Assembly: GCA_964016885.1 (NCBI GenBank)
Contig: OZ024744.1
Coordinates: forward strand, 23,870,001-23,934,000
Direction: 5' to 3'
Length of the DNA: 64,000 nt
Source: Eledone cirrhosa
Taxonomy: Eukaryota
Made by a program: the position numbers and the translations under genes. The notes beneath the pieces were generated by a model. The model was not told the DNA's origin. It searched no databases and worked only from the letters and a program-made list of their open reading frames with translations. The first letter of the stretch is position 1, and every line of letters starts with the position of its first letter. Shown here piece by piece: positions 41,901 through 56,300 of the stretch.

Positions 41901-44900
41901 AACAACAGTTGAATCTTAAGATAAATCTCGTTTTAACAACAGCTGAATCTTAAGATTAAACTCGTTTTAACAACAGTTGAATCTTAAGACAAAACCCGTT
42001 TTAACAACAGTTGAATCTTAAGAACTGTCTCGTTTTAACGACAGTTGAATCTTAAGAACTGACTCGTTTTAACAACAGTTTAATCTTAAGAACTGACTCG
42101 TTTTAACAACAGTTGAATCTTAAGATAAAATTCGTTTTAACAACAGTTGAATCTTAAGAACTGACTCGTTTTATAAACAGTTCAACCTTAAGAACTGACT
42201 CGTTTTAACAACTGTTGAATCTTCAAATAAAACTCGTTTTAACAACAGTTGAATATTAAGAACTGACTCGTTTTAACAGCAGTTGAATCTTAATCTAAAA
42301 CTCGTTTTAATAACAGTTGAAGCTTAAGATAAAACTCGTTTTAACAACAGTTGAATCTTAAGAACTTACTCGTGTTAACAACAGGTGAATTTTAAGATAA
42401 AACTCGTTTTAACAACAGTTCAACCTTAAGAACTGACTCCTTTTAACAAAAGTTGAATCTTCAAATAAAACTCGTTTTAACAACAGTTGAATGTTAAGAA
42501 CTGATTCGTTTTAACAACAGCTGAATCTTAAGATAAACTCGTTTTAACAACAGTTGAATCTTAAGATAAACCTCGTTTTAACAACAGTTTAATCTTAAGT
42601 ACTGACTCGTTTTAACAACAGTTGAATCTTAAGATAAAACTCGTTTTAACAACAGTTTAATTTTAAGATAAAACTCGTTTTAACAACAGTTGAATCTTAA
42701 GAACTGACTCGTTTTAATAACAGTTGAATCTTAAGATAAAACTCGTTTTAACAACAGTTGAATCTTAAGAACTGACTCGTTTTAACAACAGTTGAAGTTT
42801 AAGATAAAACTCGTTTTAACAACAGTTGAATCTTAAGAACTGACTCGTTTTATCAACAGTTCAGCCTTAAGAACTGACTCATTTTAACAAAAGTTGAATC
42901 TTCAAATAAAACTCGTTTTAACAACAGTTGAATGTTAAGAACTGATTCGTTTTAACAACAGCTGAATCTTAAGATGAACTCGTTTTAACAACAGTTGAAT
43001 CTTAAGATAAACCTCGTTTTAACAACAGTTTAATCTTAAGAACTGACTCGTTTTAACAACAGTTGAATCTTAAGATAAAATTCGTTTTAACAACAGTTGC
43101 ATCTTAAGAACTGACTCGTTTTAACAACAGTTGAATCTTAAGATAAAACTCGTTTTAACAACAGTTGAATCTTAAGAACTGTCTCGTTTTAACAACAGTT
43201 GAATCTTAAGAACTGACTCGTTTTAACAACAGTTGAATCTTATGATAAAACTCATTTTAACAACAGTTGAATCTTAAGAACTAACTCGTTTTAACAACAG
43301 TTGAATCTTAAGAACTGACTCGTTTTAACAACAGTTGAATCTTAAGAACTGACTCGTTTTAACAACAGTTGAATCTTCAAATAAAACTCGTTTTAACAAC
43401 AGTTGAATATTAAGAACAGACTCGTTTTAACAGTAGTTGAATCTTAATATAAAACTCGTTTTAACAACAGTTGAATCTTTAGATAAACCTCGTTTTAACA
43501 ACAGTTTAATCTTAAGAACTGACTCGTTTTAACAACAGTTGAACCTTATATAACATTCGTTTTAACAACAGTTGAATCTTAAGAACTGATTCGTTTTAAC
43601 AACAGTTCAAACTTAAGAACTGACTCGTTTTAACAACAGCTGAATCTTAAGATGAAACTCGTTTTAACAACAGTTGCATCTTAAGAACTGACTCGTTTTA
43701 ACAACAGTTGAATCTTAAGATAAAACTCGTTTTAACAACAGTTGAATCTTAAGAACTGTCTCGTTTTAACAACAGTTGAATCTTAAGAACTGACTCGTTT
43801 TAACAACAGTTGAATCTTATGATAAAACTCATTTTAACAACAGTTGAATCTTAAGAACTAACTCGTTTTAACAACAGTTGAATCTTAAGAACTGACTCGT
43901 TTTAACAACAGTTGAATCTTAAGAACTGACTCGTTTTATAAACAGTTCAACCTTAAGAACTGACTCGTTTTAACAACAGTTGAATCTTCAAATAAAACTC
44001 GTTTTAACAACAGTTGAATATTAAGAACTGACTCGTTTTAACAGTAGTTGAATCTTAATATAAAACTCGTTTTAACAACAGTTGAATCTTTAGATAAACC
44101 TCGTTTTAACAACAGTTTAATCTTAAGAACTGACTCGTTTTAACAACAGTTGAACCTTATATAACATTCGTTTTAACAACAGTTGAATCTTAAGAACTGA
44201 TTCGTTTTAACAACAGTTCAAACTTAAGAACTGACTCGTTTTAACAACAGCTGAATCTTAAGATGAAACTCGTTTTAACAACAGTTGAATCTTAAGAACT
44301 GACTCGTTTTAACAACAGATGAATCTTAAGATAAACCTCGTTTTAACAACAGTTGAATCTTAAGAACTGATTCGTATTAACAACAGCTGAATCTTAAGAT
44401 AAACTCATTTTAACAACAGCTGAATCTTAAGATAAAACTCGTTTTAACAACAGTTGAATCTTAAGAACTGATTCGTTTTAACAACAGATGAATCTTAAGA
44501 TAAAACTCGTTTTAACAACAGTTGCATCTTAAGAACTGGCTCGTTTAAACAACAGTTGAATCTTAAGGTAAAACTCGTTTTAACAACAGTTGAATCTTAA
44601 GAACTGACTCGTTTTAACAACAGTTAAATCTTAAGATAAAACTCGTTTTAACAACAGTTGAATCTTAAGAACTGACTCGTTTTATCAACAGTTCAACCTT
44701 AAGAACTGACTGGTTTTAACAACAGTTGAATCTACAAATAAAACTCGTTTTAACAACAGTTGAATCTAAAGAACTGACTCGTTTTAACAACAGTTGAATC
44801 TTAAAATAAAACTCGTTTTAACAACAGTTGAATCTTAAGAACTGACTCATTTTAACAACAGTTGAATCTTAAGATAAAACTCGTTTTAACAACAGCTGAA

Positions 44901-47900
44901 TCTTAAGATTAAACTCGTTTTAACAACAGTTGAATCTTAAGACAAAACCCGTTTTAACAACAGTTGAATCTTAAGAACTGTCTCGTTTTAACGACAGTTG
45001 AATCTTAAGAACTGACTCATTTTAACAACAGTTGAATCTTCAAATAAAACTCGTTTTAACAACAGTTGGATCTTAAGAACTGATTCGTTTTAACAACAGC
45101 TGAATCTTAAGATAAACTCGTTTTAACAACAGTTGAATCTTAAGATAAAACTCGTTTTAACTACAGTTGAATCTTAAGAACTGACTCGTTTTAACAACAG
45201 CTGAATCTTAAGATAAAACTCGTTTTAACAACAGTTGAATCTTAAGAACTGATTCGTTTTAACAACAGATGAATCTTAAGATAAACCTCGTTTTATCAAC
45301 AGTTGCATCTTAAGAACTGGCTCGTTGAAACAACAGTTGAATTTTAAGATAAAACTCGTTTTAACAACAGTTGAATCTTAAGAACTGACTCGTTTTATCA
45401 ACAGTTCAACCTTAAGAACTGACTCATTTTAACAACAGTTGAATCTTCAAATAAAACTCGTATTAACAACAGTTGAATCTTAAGAACTGACTCGTTTTAT
45501 CAACAGTTCAACCTTAAGAACTGACTCGTTTTAACAACAGTTGAATCTTCAAATAAAACTCGTTTTAACAACAGTTGAATCTAAAGAACTGACTCGTTTT
45601 AACAACAGTTGAATCTTAAGATAAAACTAGTTTTAACAACAGTTGAATCTTAAGAACTGACTCATTTTAACAACAGTTGAATCTTAATATAAAACTCGTT
45701 TTAACAACAGCTGAATCTTAAGATTAAACTCGTTTTAACAACAGTTGAATCTTAAGACAAAACCCGTTTTAACAACAGTTGAATCTTAAGAACTGTCTCG
45801 TTTTAACGACAGTTGAATCTTAAGAACTGACTCGTTTTAACAACAGCTGAATCTTAAGATTAAACTCGTTTTAACAACAGTTGAATCTTAAGACAAAACC
45901 CGTTTTAACAACAGTTGAATCTTAAGAACTGTCTCGTTTTAACGACAGTTGAATCTTAAGAACTGACTCGTTTTAACAGCAGTTGAATCTTAATATAAAA
46001 CTCGTTTTAACAACAGTTGAATCTTAAGATAAAACTCGTTTTAACAACAGTTGAATCTTAAGAACTAACTCGTTTTAACAACAGTTGAATCTTAAGAACT
46101 AACTCGTTTTAACAACAGTTGAATCTTAAGATAAAACTCGTTTTAACAACAGTTGAATCTTAAGAACTGACTCGTTTTAACAACAGCTGAATCTTAAGAT
46201 AAAACTCGTATTAACAACAGTTGAATCTTAAGAACTGACACGTTTTATCAACAGTTCAACCTTAAGAACTGACTCGTTTTAACAACAGTTGAATCTTCAA
46301 ATAAAACTCGTTTTAACAACAGTTGAATCTAAAGAACTGACTCGTTTTAACAACAGTTGAATCTTAAGATAAAACTCGTTTTAACAACAGTTGAATCTTA
46401 AGAACTGACTCATTTTAACAACAGTTGAATCTTAAGATACAACTCGTTTTAACAACAGCTGAATCTTAAGATTAATCTCGTTTTAACAACAGTTGAATCT
46501 TAAGACAAAACCCGTTTTAACAACAGTTGAATCTTAAGAACTGTCTCGATTTAACGACAGTTGAATCTTAAGAACTGGCTCGTTTTAACAACAGCTGAAT
46601 CTTAAGATTAAACTCGTTTTAACAACAGTTGAATCTTAAGACAAAACCCGTTTTAACAACAGTTGAATCTTAAGAACTGTCTCGTTTTAACAACAGTTGA
46701 ATCTTAAGATAAACCTCGTTTTAACAACAGTTTAATCTTAAAAACTGACTCGTTTTAACAACAGTTGAATCTTAAGATAAAATTCGTTTTAACAACAGTT
46801 GAATCTTAAGAACTGATTCGTTTTAACAACAGTTCAAACTTAAGAACTGACTCGTTTTAACAACAGTTGAATCTTATGATAAAACTCATTTTAACAACAG
46901 TTGAATCTTAAGAACTGATTCGTTTTAACAACAGATGAATCTTAAGATAAACCTTGTTTTAACAACAGTTGAATCTTAAGAACTGTCTCGATTTAACGAC
47001 AGTTGTATCTTAAGAACTGACTCGTTTTAACAACAGTTGAATCTTACGATAAAACTCGTTTTAACATCAGTTGAATCTTAAGAACTGACTAATTTTAACA
47101 ACAGCTGAATCTTAAGATAAAACTCGTTTTAACAACAGTTGAATCTTAAGAACTGACTCGTTTTAACAACAGTTGAATCTTATGATAAAACTCATTTTAA
47201 CAACAATTGAATGTTAAGATAAAACTCGTTTTAACAACAGTTGAATCTTAAGAACTGACTCTTTTTAACAACAGTTGAATGTTAAGATAAAACTCGTTTT
47301 AACAACAGTTGAATCTTAAGAACTGACTCGTTTTAACAACAGTTGAATCTTAAGAACTGACTCGTTTTAACAACAGTTGAATCTTATGATAAAACCCATT
47401 TTAACAACAGTTGAATCTTAAGATTAAACTCGTTTTAACAACAGTTGAATCTTAAGAACTAACTCGTTTTAACGACAGTTGAATCTTAAGATAAAACTCG
47501 TTTTAACAACAGTTGAATCTTAAGAACTGACTCGTTTTAACAACAGCTGAATCTTAAGATAAAACTCGTATTAACAACAGTTGAATCTTAAGAACTGACA
47601 CGTGTTATCAACAGTTCAACCTTAAGAACTGACTCGTTTTAACAACAGTTAAATCTTCAAATAAAACTCGTTTTAACAACAGTTGAATCTAAAGAACTGA
47701 CTCGTTTTAACAACAGTTGAATCTTAAGATAAAACTCGTTTTAACAACAGTTGAATCTTAAGAACTGACTCATTTTAACAACAGTTGAATCTTAAGATAC
47801 AACTCGTTTTAACAATAGCTGAATCTTAAGATTAATCTCGTTTTAACAACAGTTGAATCTTAAGACAAAACCCGTTTTAACAACAGCTGAATCTTAAGAT

Positions 47901-50900
47901 AAAACTCGTATTAACAACAGTTGAATCTTAAGAACTGACTCGTTTTAACAACAGTTCAAACTTAAGAACTGACTCGTGTTAACAACAGCTGAATCTTAAG
48001 ATGAAACTCGTTTTAACAACAGTTGAATCTTAAGAACTGATTCGTTTTAACAACAGCTGAATCTTAAGATAAACTCGTTTTAACAACAGTTGAATCTTAA
48101 GATAAAACTTGTTTTAACAACAGTTGTATCTTAAGAACTGATTCGTTTTAACAACAGATGAATCTTAAGATAATCCTCGTTTTAACAACAGTTGCATCTT
48201 GAGAACTGGCTCGTTTAAACAACAGTTGAATCTAAAGATAAAACTCGTTTTAACAACAGTTGAATCTTAAGAACTGACTCGTTTTAACAACATTTGAATC
48301 TTAAGATAAAACTCGTTTTAACAACAGTTGAATCTTAAGAACTGACTCATTTTAACAACAGTTGAATCTTAAGATAAATCTCGTTTTAACAACAGCTGAA
48401 TCTTAAGTTTAAACTCGTTTTAACAACAGTTGAATCTTAAGACAAAACCCGTTTTAACAACAGTTGAATCTTAAGAACTGTCTCGTTTTAACGACAGTTG
48501 AATCTTAAGAACTGACTCGTTTTAACAACAGCTGAATCTTAAGATTAAACTCGTTTTAACAACAGTTGAATCTTAAGACAAAACCCGTTTTAACAACAGT
48601 TGAATCTTAAGAACTGTCTCGTTTTAACAACAGTTGAATCTTAAGATAAACCTCGTTTTAACAACAGTTTAATCTTAAGAACTGACTCGTTTTAACAACA
48701 GTTGAATCTTAAGATAAAATTCGTTTTAACAACAGTTGAATCTTAAGAACTGACTCGTTTTATAAACAGTTCAACCTTAAGAACTGACTCGTTTTAACAA
48801 CTGTTGAATCTTCAAATAAAACTCGTTTTAACAACAGTTGAATATTAAGAACTGACTCGTTTTAACAGCAGTTGAATCTTAATCTAAAACTCGTTTTAAT
48901 AACAGTTGAAGCTTAAGATAAAACTCGTTTTAACAACAGTTGAATCTTAAGAACTTACTCGTGTTAACAACAGGTGAATTTTAAGATAAAACTCGTTTTA
49001 ACAACAGTTGAATCTTAAGAACTGACTCGTTTTATCAACAGTTCAACCTTAAGAACTGACTCCTTTTAACAAAAGTTGAATCTTCAAATAAAACTCGTTT
49101 TAACAACAGTTGAATGTTAAGAACTGATTCGTTTTAACAACAGCTGAATCTTAAGATAAACTCGTTTTAACAACAGTTGAATCTTAAGATAAACCTCGTT
49201 TTAACAACAGTTTAATCTTAAGAACTGACTCGTTTTAACAACAGTTGAATCTTAAGAACTGACTCGTTTTAACAACAGTTGAAGTTTAAGATAAAACTCG
49301 TTTTAACAACAGTTGGATCTTAAGAACTGACTCATTTTAACAACAGTTGAATCTTAAGATACAACTCGTTTTAACAACAGCTGAATCTTAAGATTAATCT
49401 CGTTTTAACAACAGTTGAATCTTAAGACAAAACCCGTTTTAACAACAGTTGAATCTTAAGAACTGTCTCGATTTAACGACAGTTGAATCTTAAGAACTGG
49501 CTCGTTTTAACAACAGCTGAATCTTAAGATTAAACTCGTGTTAACAACAGTTGAATCTTAAGACAAAACCCGTTTTAACAACAGTTGAATCTTAAGAACT
49601 GTCTCGTTTTAACAACAGTTGAATCTTAAGATAAACCTCGTTTTAACAACAGTTTAATCTTAAAAACTGACTCGTTTTAACAACAGTTGAATCTTAAGAT
49701 AAAATTCGTTTTAACAACAGTTGAATCTTAAGAACTGATTCGTTTTAACAACAGTTCAAACTTAAGAACTGACTCGTTTTAACAACAGTTGAATCTTATG
49801 ATAAAACTCATTTTAACAACAGTTGAATCTTAAGAACTGATTCGTTTTAACAACAGATGAATCTTAAGATAAACCTTGTTTTAACAACAGTTGAATCTTA
49901 AGAACTGTCTCGATTTAACGACAGTTGAATCTTAAGAACTGACTCGTTTTAACAACAGTTGAATCTTACGATAAAACTCGTTTTAACATCAGTTGAATCT
50001 TAAGAACTGACTAATTTTAACAACAGCTGAATCTTAAGATAAAACTCGTTTTAACAACAGTTGAATCTTAAGAACTGACTCCTTTTAACAACAGTTGAAT
50101 CTTATGATAAAACTCATTTTAACAACAGTTGAATGTTAAGATAAAACTCGTTTTAACAACAGTTGAATCTTAAGAACTGACTCTTTTTAACAACGGTTGA
50201 ATGTTAAGATAAAACTCGTTTTAACAACAGTTGAATCTTAAGAACTGACTCGTTTTAACAACAGTTGAATCTTAAGAACTGACTCGTTTTAACAACAGTT
50301 GAATCTTATGATAAAACCCATTTTAACAACAGTTGAATCTTAAGATTAAACTCGTTTTAACAACAGTTGAATCTTAAGAACTAACTCGTTTTAACAACAG
50401 TTGAATCTTAAGATAAAACTCGTTTTAACAACAGTTGAATCTTAAGAACTGACTCGTTTTAACAACAGCTGAATCTTAAGATAAAACTCGTATTAACAAC
50501 AGTTGAATCTTAAGAACTGACACGTTTTATCAACAGTTCAACCTTAAGAACTGACTCGTTTTAACAACAGTTGAATCTTCAAATAAAACTCGTTTTAACA
50601 ACAGTTGAATCTAAAGAACTGACTCGTTTTAACAACAGTTGAATCTTAAGATAAAACTCGTTTTAACAACAGTTGAATCTTAAGAACTGACTCATTTTAA
50701 CAACAGTTGAATCTTAAGATACAACTCGTTTTAACAATAGCTGAATCTTAAGATTAATCTCGTTTTAACAACAGTTGAATCTTAAGACAAAACCCGTTTT
50801 AACAACAGCTAAATCTTAAGATAAAACTCGTATTAACAACAGTTGAATCTTAAGAACTGACTCGTTTTAACAACAGTTCAAACTTAAGAACTGACTCGTG

Positions 50901-53390
50901 TTAACAACAGCTGAATCTTAAGATGAAACTCGTTTTAACAACAGTTGAATCTTAAGAACTGATTCGTTTTAACAACAGCTGAATCTTAAGATAAACTCGT
51001 TTTAACAACAGTTGAATCTTAAGATAAAACTTGTTTTAACAACAGTTGTATCTTAAGAACTGATTCGTTTTAACAACAGATGAATCTTAAGATAATCCTC
51101 GTTTTAACAACAGTTGCATCTTGAGAACTGGCTCGTTTAAACAACAGTTGAATCTTAAGATAAAACTCGTTTTAACAACAGTTGAATCTTAAGAACTGAC
51201 TCGTTTTAACAACAGTTGAATCTTAAGATAAAACTCGTTTTAACAACAGTTGAATCTTAAGAACTGACTCATTTTAACAACAGTTGAATCTTAAGATAAA
51301 TCTCGTTTTAACAACAGCTGAATCTTAAGATTAAACTCGTTTTAACAACAGTTGAATCTTAAGACAAAACCCGTTTTAACAACAGTTGAATCTTAAGAAC
51401 TGTCTCGTTTTAACGACAGTTGAATCTTAAGAACTGACTCGTTTTAACAACAGTTTAATCTTAAGAACTGACTCGTTTTAACAACAGTTGAATCTTAAGA
51501 TAAAACTCGTTTTAACAACAGTTGAATCTTAAGAACTGACTCGTTTTAACAACAGTTGAATCTTAAGATAAAACTCGTTTTAACAACAGTTGAATCTTAA
51601 GAACTGACTCATTTTAACAACAGTTGAATCTTAAGATAAATCTCGTTTTAACAACAGCTGAATCTTAAGATTAAACTCGTTTTAACAACAGTTGAATCTT
51701 AAGACAAAACCCGTTTTAACAACAGTTGAATCTTAATAACTGTCTCGTTTTAACGACAGTTGAATCTTAAGAACTGACTCGTTTTAACAACAGTTTAATC
51801 TTAAGAACTGACTCGTTTTAACAACAGTTGAATCTTAAGATAAAATTCGTTTTAACGACAGTTGAATCTTAAGAACTGACTCGTTTTATAAACAGTTCAA
51901 CCTTAAGAACTGACTCGTTTTAACAACTGTTGAATCTTCAAATAAAACTCGTTTTAACAACAGTTGAATATTAAGAACTGACTCGTTTTAACAGCAGTTG
52001 AATCTTAATCTAAAACTCGTTTTAATAACAGTTGAAGCTTAAGATAAAACTCGTTTTAACAACAGTTGAATCTTAAGAACTTACTCGTGTTAACAACAGG
52101 TGAATTTTAAGATAAAACTCGTTTTAACAACAGTTGAATCTTAAGAACTGACTCGTTTTATCAACAGTTCAACCTTAAGAACTGACTCCTTTTAACAAAA
52201 GTTGAATCTTCAAATAAAACTCGTTTTAACAACAGTTGAATGTTAAGAACTGATTCGTTTTAACAACAGCTGAATCTTAAGATAAACTCGTTTTAACAAC
52301 AGTTGAATCTTAAGATAAACCTCGTTTTAACAACAGTTTAATCTTAAGTACTGACTCGTTTTAACAACAGTTGAATCTTAAGATAAAACTCGTTTTAACA
52401 ACAGTTTAATTTTAAGATAAAACTCGTTTTAACAACAGTTGAATCTTAAGAACTGACTCGTTTTAATAACAGGTGAATCTTAAGATAAAACTCGTTTTAA
52501 CAACAGTTGAATCTTAAGAACTGACTCGTTTTAACAACAGTTGAAGTTTAAGATAAAACTCGTTTTAACAACAGTTGAATCTTAAGAACTGACTCGTTTT
52601 ATCAACAGTTCAGCCTTAAGAACTGACTCATTTTAACAAAAGTTGAATCTTCAAATAAAACTCGTTTTAACAACAGTTGAATGTTAAGAACTGATTCGTT
52701 TTAACAACAGCTGAATCTTAAGATAAACTCGTTTTAACAACAGTTGAATCTTAAGATAAACCTCGTTTTAACAACAGTTTAATCTTAAGAACTGACTCGT
52801 TTTAACAACAGTTGAATCTTAAGATAAAATTCGTTTTAACAACAGTTGCATCTTAAGAACTGACTCGTTTTAACAACAGTTGAATCTTAAGATAAAACTC
52901 GTTTTAACAACAGTTGAATCTTAAGAACTGTCTCGTTTTAACAACAGTTGAATCTTAAGAACTGACTCGTTTTAACAACAGTTGAATCTTATGATAAAAC
53001 TCATTTTAACAACAGTTGAATCTTAAGAACTAACTCGTTTTAACAACAGTTGAATCTTAAGAACTGACTCGTTTTAACAACAGTTGAATCTTCAAATAAA
53101 ACTCGTTTTAACAACAGTTGAATATTAAGAACAGACTCGTTTTAACAGTAGTTGAATCTTAATATAAAACTCGTTTTAACAACAGTTGAATCTTTAGATA
53201 AACCTCGTTTTAACAACAGTTTAATCTTAAGAACTGACTCGTTTTAACAACAGTTGAACCTTATATAACATTCGTTTTAACAACAGTTGAATCTTAAGAA
53301 CTGATTCGTTTTAACAACAGTTCAAACTTAAGAACTGACTCGTTTTAACAACAGCTGAATCTTAAGATGAAACTCGTTTTAACAACAGTT
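30854..53390. repeat. Large duplication: about 30854-39770 repeated at about 43659-53390, offset 12,805 rising stepwise to about 13.5 kb
   Basis: Offset 12805 for GCATC (30871/43676), CTTATATAAC (31351/44156), CAGTTAAATCTTCAAAT (34841/47646) and AAGCTT (36104/48909). Later offsets are 12873, 12975, 13179 and 13519, each step a multiple of 34. Confidence 0.82.
38850..44370. repeat. Duplication at offset 3,905 bp (about 38.85-40.47 kb repeated at about 42.75-44.37 kb), with an internal 577-bp duplication
   Basis: Markers ACAGTTCAGCC (38951/42856) and ACAGACTCG (39511/43416). GCATC at 39194 and 39771 marks the internal 17-monomer repeat. Similarity extends further upstream with different offsets. 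Confidence 0.75.
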
Positions 53391-56300
53391 GAATCTTAAG
53401 AACTCACTCGTTTTAACAACAGATGAATCTTAAGATAAACCTCGTTTTAACAACAGTTGAATCTTAAGAACTGATTCGTTTTAACAACAGCTGAATCTTA
53501 AGATAAACTCATTTTAACAACAGCTGAATCTTAAGATAAAACTCGTTTTAACAACAGTTGAATCTTAAGAACTGATTCGTTTTAACAACAGATGAATCTT
53601 AAGATAAACCTCGTTTTAACAACGGTTGCATCTTAAGAACTGGCTCGTTTAAACAACAGTTGAATCTTAAGGTAAAACTCGTTTTAACAACAGTTGAATC
53701 TTAAGAACTGACTCGTTTTAACAACAGTTAAACCTTAAGATAAAACTCGTTTTAACAACAGTTGAATCTTAAGAACTGACTCGTTTTATCAACAGTTCAA
53801 CCTTAAGAACTGACTGGTTTTAACAACAGTTGAATCTGCAAATAAAACTCGTTTTAACAACAGTTGAATCTTAAGAACTGACTCATTTTAACAACAGTTG
53901 AATCTTAAGTTAAAACTCGTTTTAACAACAGCTGAATCTTAAGATTAAACTCGTTTTAACAACAGTTGAATCTTAAGACAAAACCCGTTTTAACAACAGT
54001 TGAATCTTAAGAACTGTCTCGTTTTAACGACAGTTGAATCTTAAGAACTGACTCATTTTAACAACAGTTGAATCTTCAAATAAAACTCGTTTTAACAACA
54101 GTTGGATCTTAAGAACTGATTCGTTTTAACAACAGCTGAATCTTAAGATAAACTCGTTTTAACAACAGTTGAATCTTAAGATAAAACTCGTTTTAACTAC
54201 AGTTGAATCTTAAGAACTGACTCGTTTTAACAACAGCTGAATCTTAAGATAAAACTCGTTTTAACAACAGTTGAATCTTAAGAACTGATTCGTTTTAACA
54301 ACAGATGAATCTTAAGATAAACCTCGTTTTATCAACAGTTGCATCTTAAGAACTGGCTCGTTGAAACAACAGTTGAATTTTAAGATAAAACTCGTTTTAA
54401 CAACAGTTGAATCTTAAGAACTGACTCGTTTTATCAACAGTTCAACCTTAAGAACTGACTCATTTTAACAACAGTTGAATCTTCAAATAAAACTCGTATT
54501 AACAACAGTTGAATCTTAAGAGCTGACTCGTTTTATCAACAGTTCAACCTTAAGAACTGACTCGTTTTAACAATAGTTTAATCTTCAAATAAAACTCGTT
54601 TTAACAACAGTTGAATCTAAAGAACTGACTCGTTTTAACAACAGTTGAATCTTAATATAAAACTCGTTTTAACAACAGTTGAATCTTAAGAACTGACTCA
54701 TTTTAACAACAGTTGAATCTTAATATAAAACTCGTTTTAACAACAGCTGAATCTTAAGATTAAACTCGTTTTAACAACAGTTGAATCTTAAGACAAAACC
54801 CGTTTTAACAACAGTTGAATCTTAAGAACTGTCTCGTTTTAACGACAGTTGAATCTTAAGAACTGACTCGTTTTAACAGCAGTTGAATCTTAATATAAAA
54901 CTCGTTTTAACAACAGTTGAATCTTAAGATAAAACTCGTTTTAACAACAGTTGAATCTTAAGAACTAACTCGTTTTAACAACAGTTGAATCTTAAGATAA
55001 AACTCGTTTTAACAACAGTTGAATCTTAAGAACTGACTCGTTTTAACAACAGCTGAATCTTAAGATAAAACTCGTATTAACAACAGTTGAATCTTAAGAA
55101 CTGACACGTTTTATCAACAGTTCAACCTTAAGAACTGACTCGTTTTAACAACAGTTGAATCTTCAAATAAAACTCGTTTTAACAACAGTTGAATCTAAAG
55201 AACTGACTCGTTTTAACAACAGTTGAATCTTAAGATAAAACTCGTTTTAACAACAGTTGAATCTTAAGAACTGTCTCATTTTAACAACAGTTGAATCTAA
55301 AGATACAACTCGTTTTAACAACAGCTGAATCTTAAGATTAATCTCGTTTTAACAACAGTTGAATCTTAAGACAAAACCCGTTTTACAACAGTTGAATCTT
55401 AAGAACTGTCTCGATTTAACGACAGTTGAATCTTAAGAACTGACTCGTTTTAACAACAGCTGAATCTTAAGATTAAACTCGTTTTAACAACAGTTGAATC
55501 TTAAGACAAAACCCGTTTTAACAACAGTTGAATCTTAAGATAAACCTCGTTTTAACAACAGTTTAATCTTAAAAACTGACTCGTTTTAACAACAGTTGAA
55601 TCTTAAGAACTGATTCGTTTTAACAACAGTTCAAACTTAAGAACTGACTCGTTTTAACAACAGTTGAATCTTATGATAAAACTCATTTTAACAACAGTTG
55701 AATCTTAAGAACTCATTCGTTTTAACAACAGATGAATCTTAAGATAAACCTTGTTTTAACAACAGTTGAATCTTAAGAACTGTCTCGATTTAACGACAGT
55801 TGAATCTTAAGAACTGACTCGTTTTAACAACAGTTGAATCTTACGATAAAACTCGTTTTAACATCAGTTGAATCTTAAGAACTGACTAATTTTAACAACA
55901 GCTGAATCTTAAGATAAAACTCGTTTTAACAACAGTTGAATCTTAAGAACTGACTCGTTTTAACAACAGTTGAATCTTATGATAAAACTCATTTTAACAA
56001 CAGTTGAATGTTAAGATAAAACTCGTTTTAACAACAGTTGAATCTTAAGAACTGACTCTTTTTAACAACAGTTGAATGTTAAGATAAAACTCGTTTTAAC
56101 AACAGTTGAATCTTAAGAACTGACTCGTTTTAACAACAGTTGAATCTTAAGAACTGACTCGTTTTAACAACAGTTGAATCTTATGATAAAACCCATTTTA
56201 ACAACAGTTGAATCTTAAGATTAAACTCGTTTTAACAACAGTTGAATCTTAAGAACTGACTCGTTTTATCAACATTTCAACCTTAAGAACTGACTCGTTT

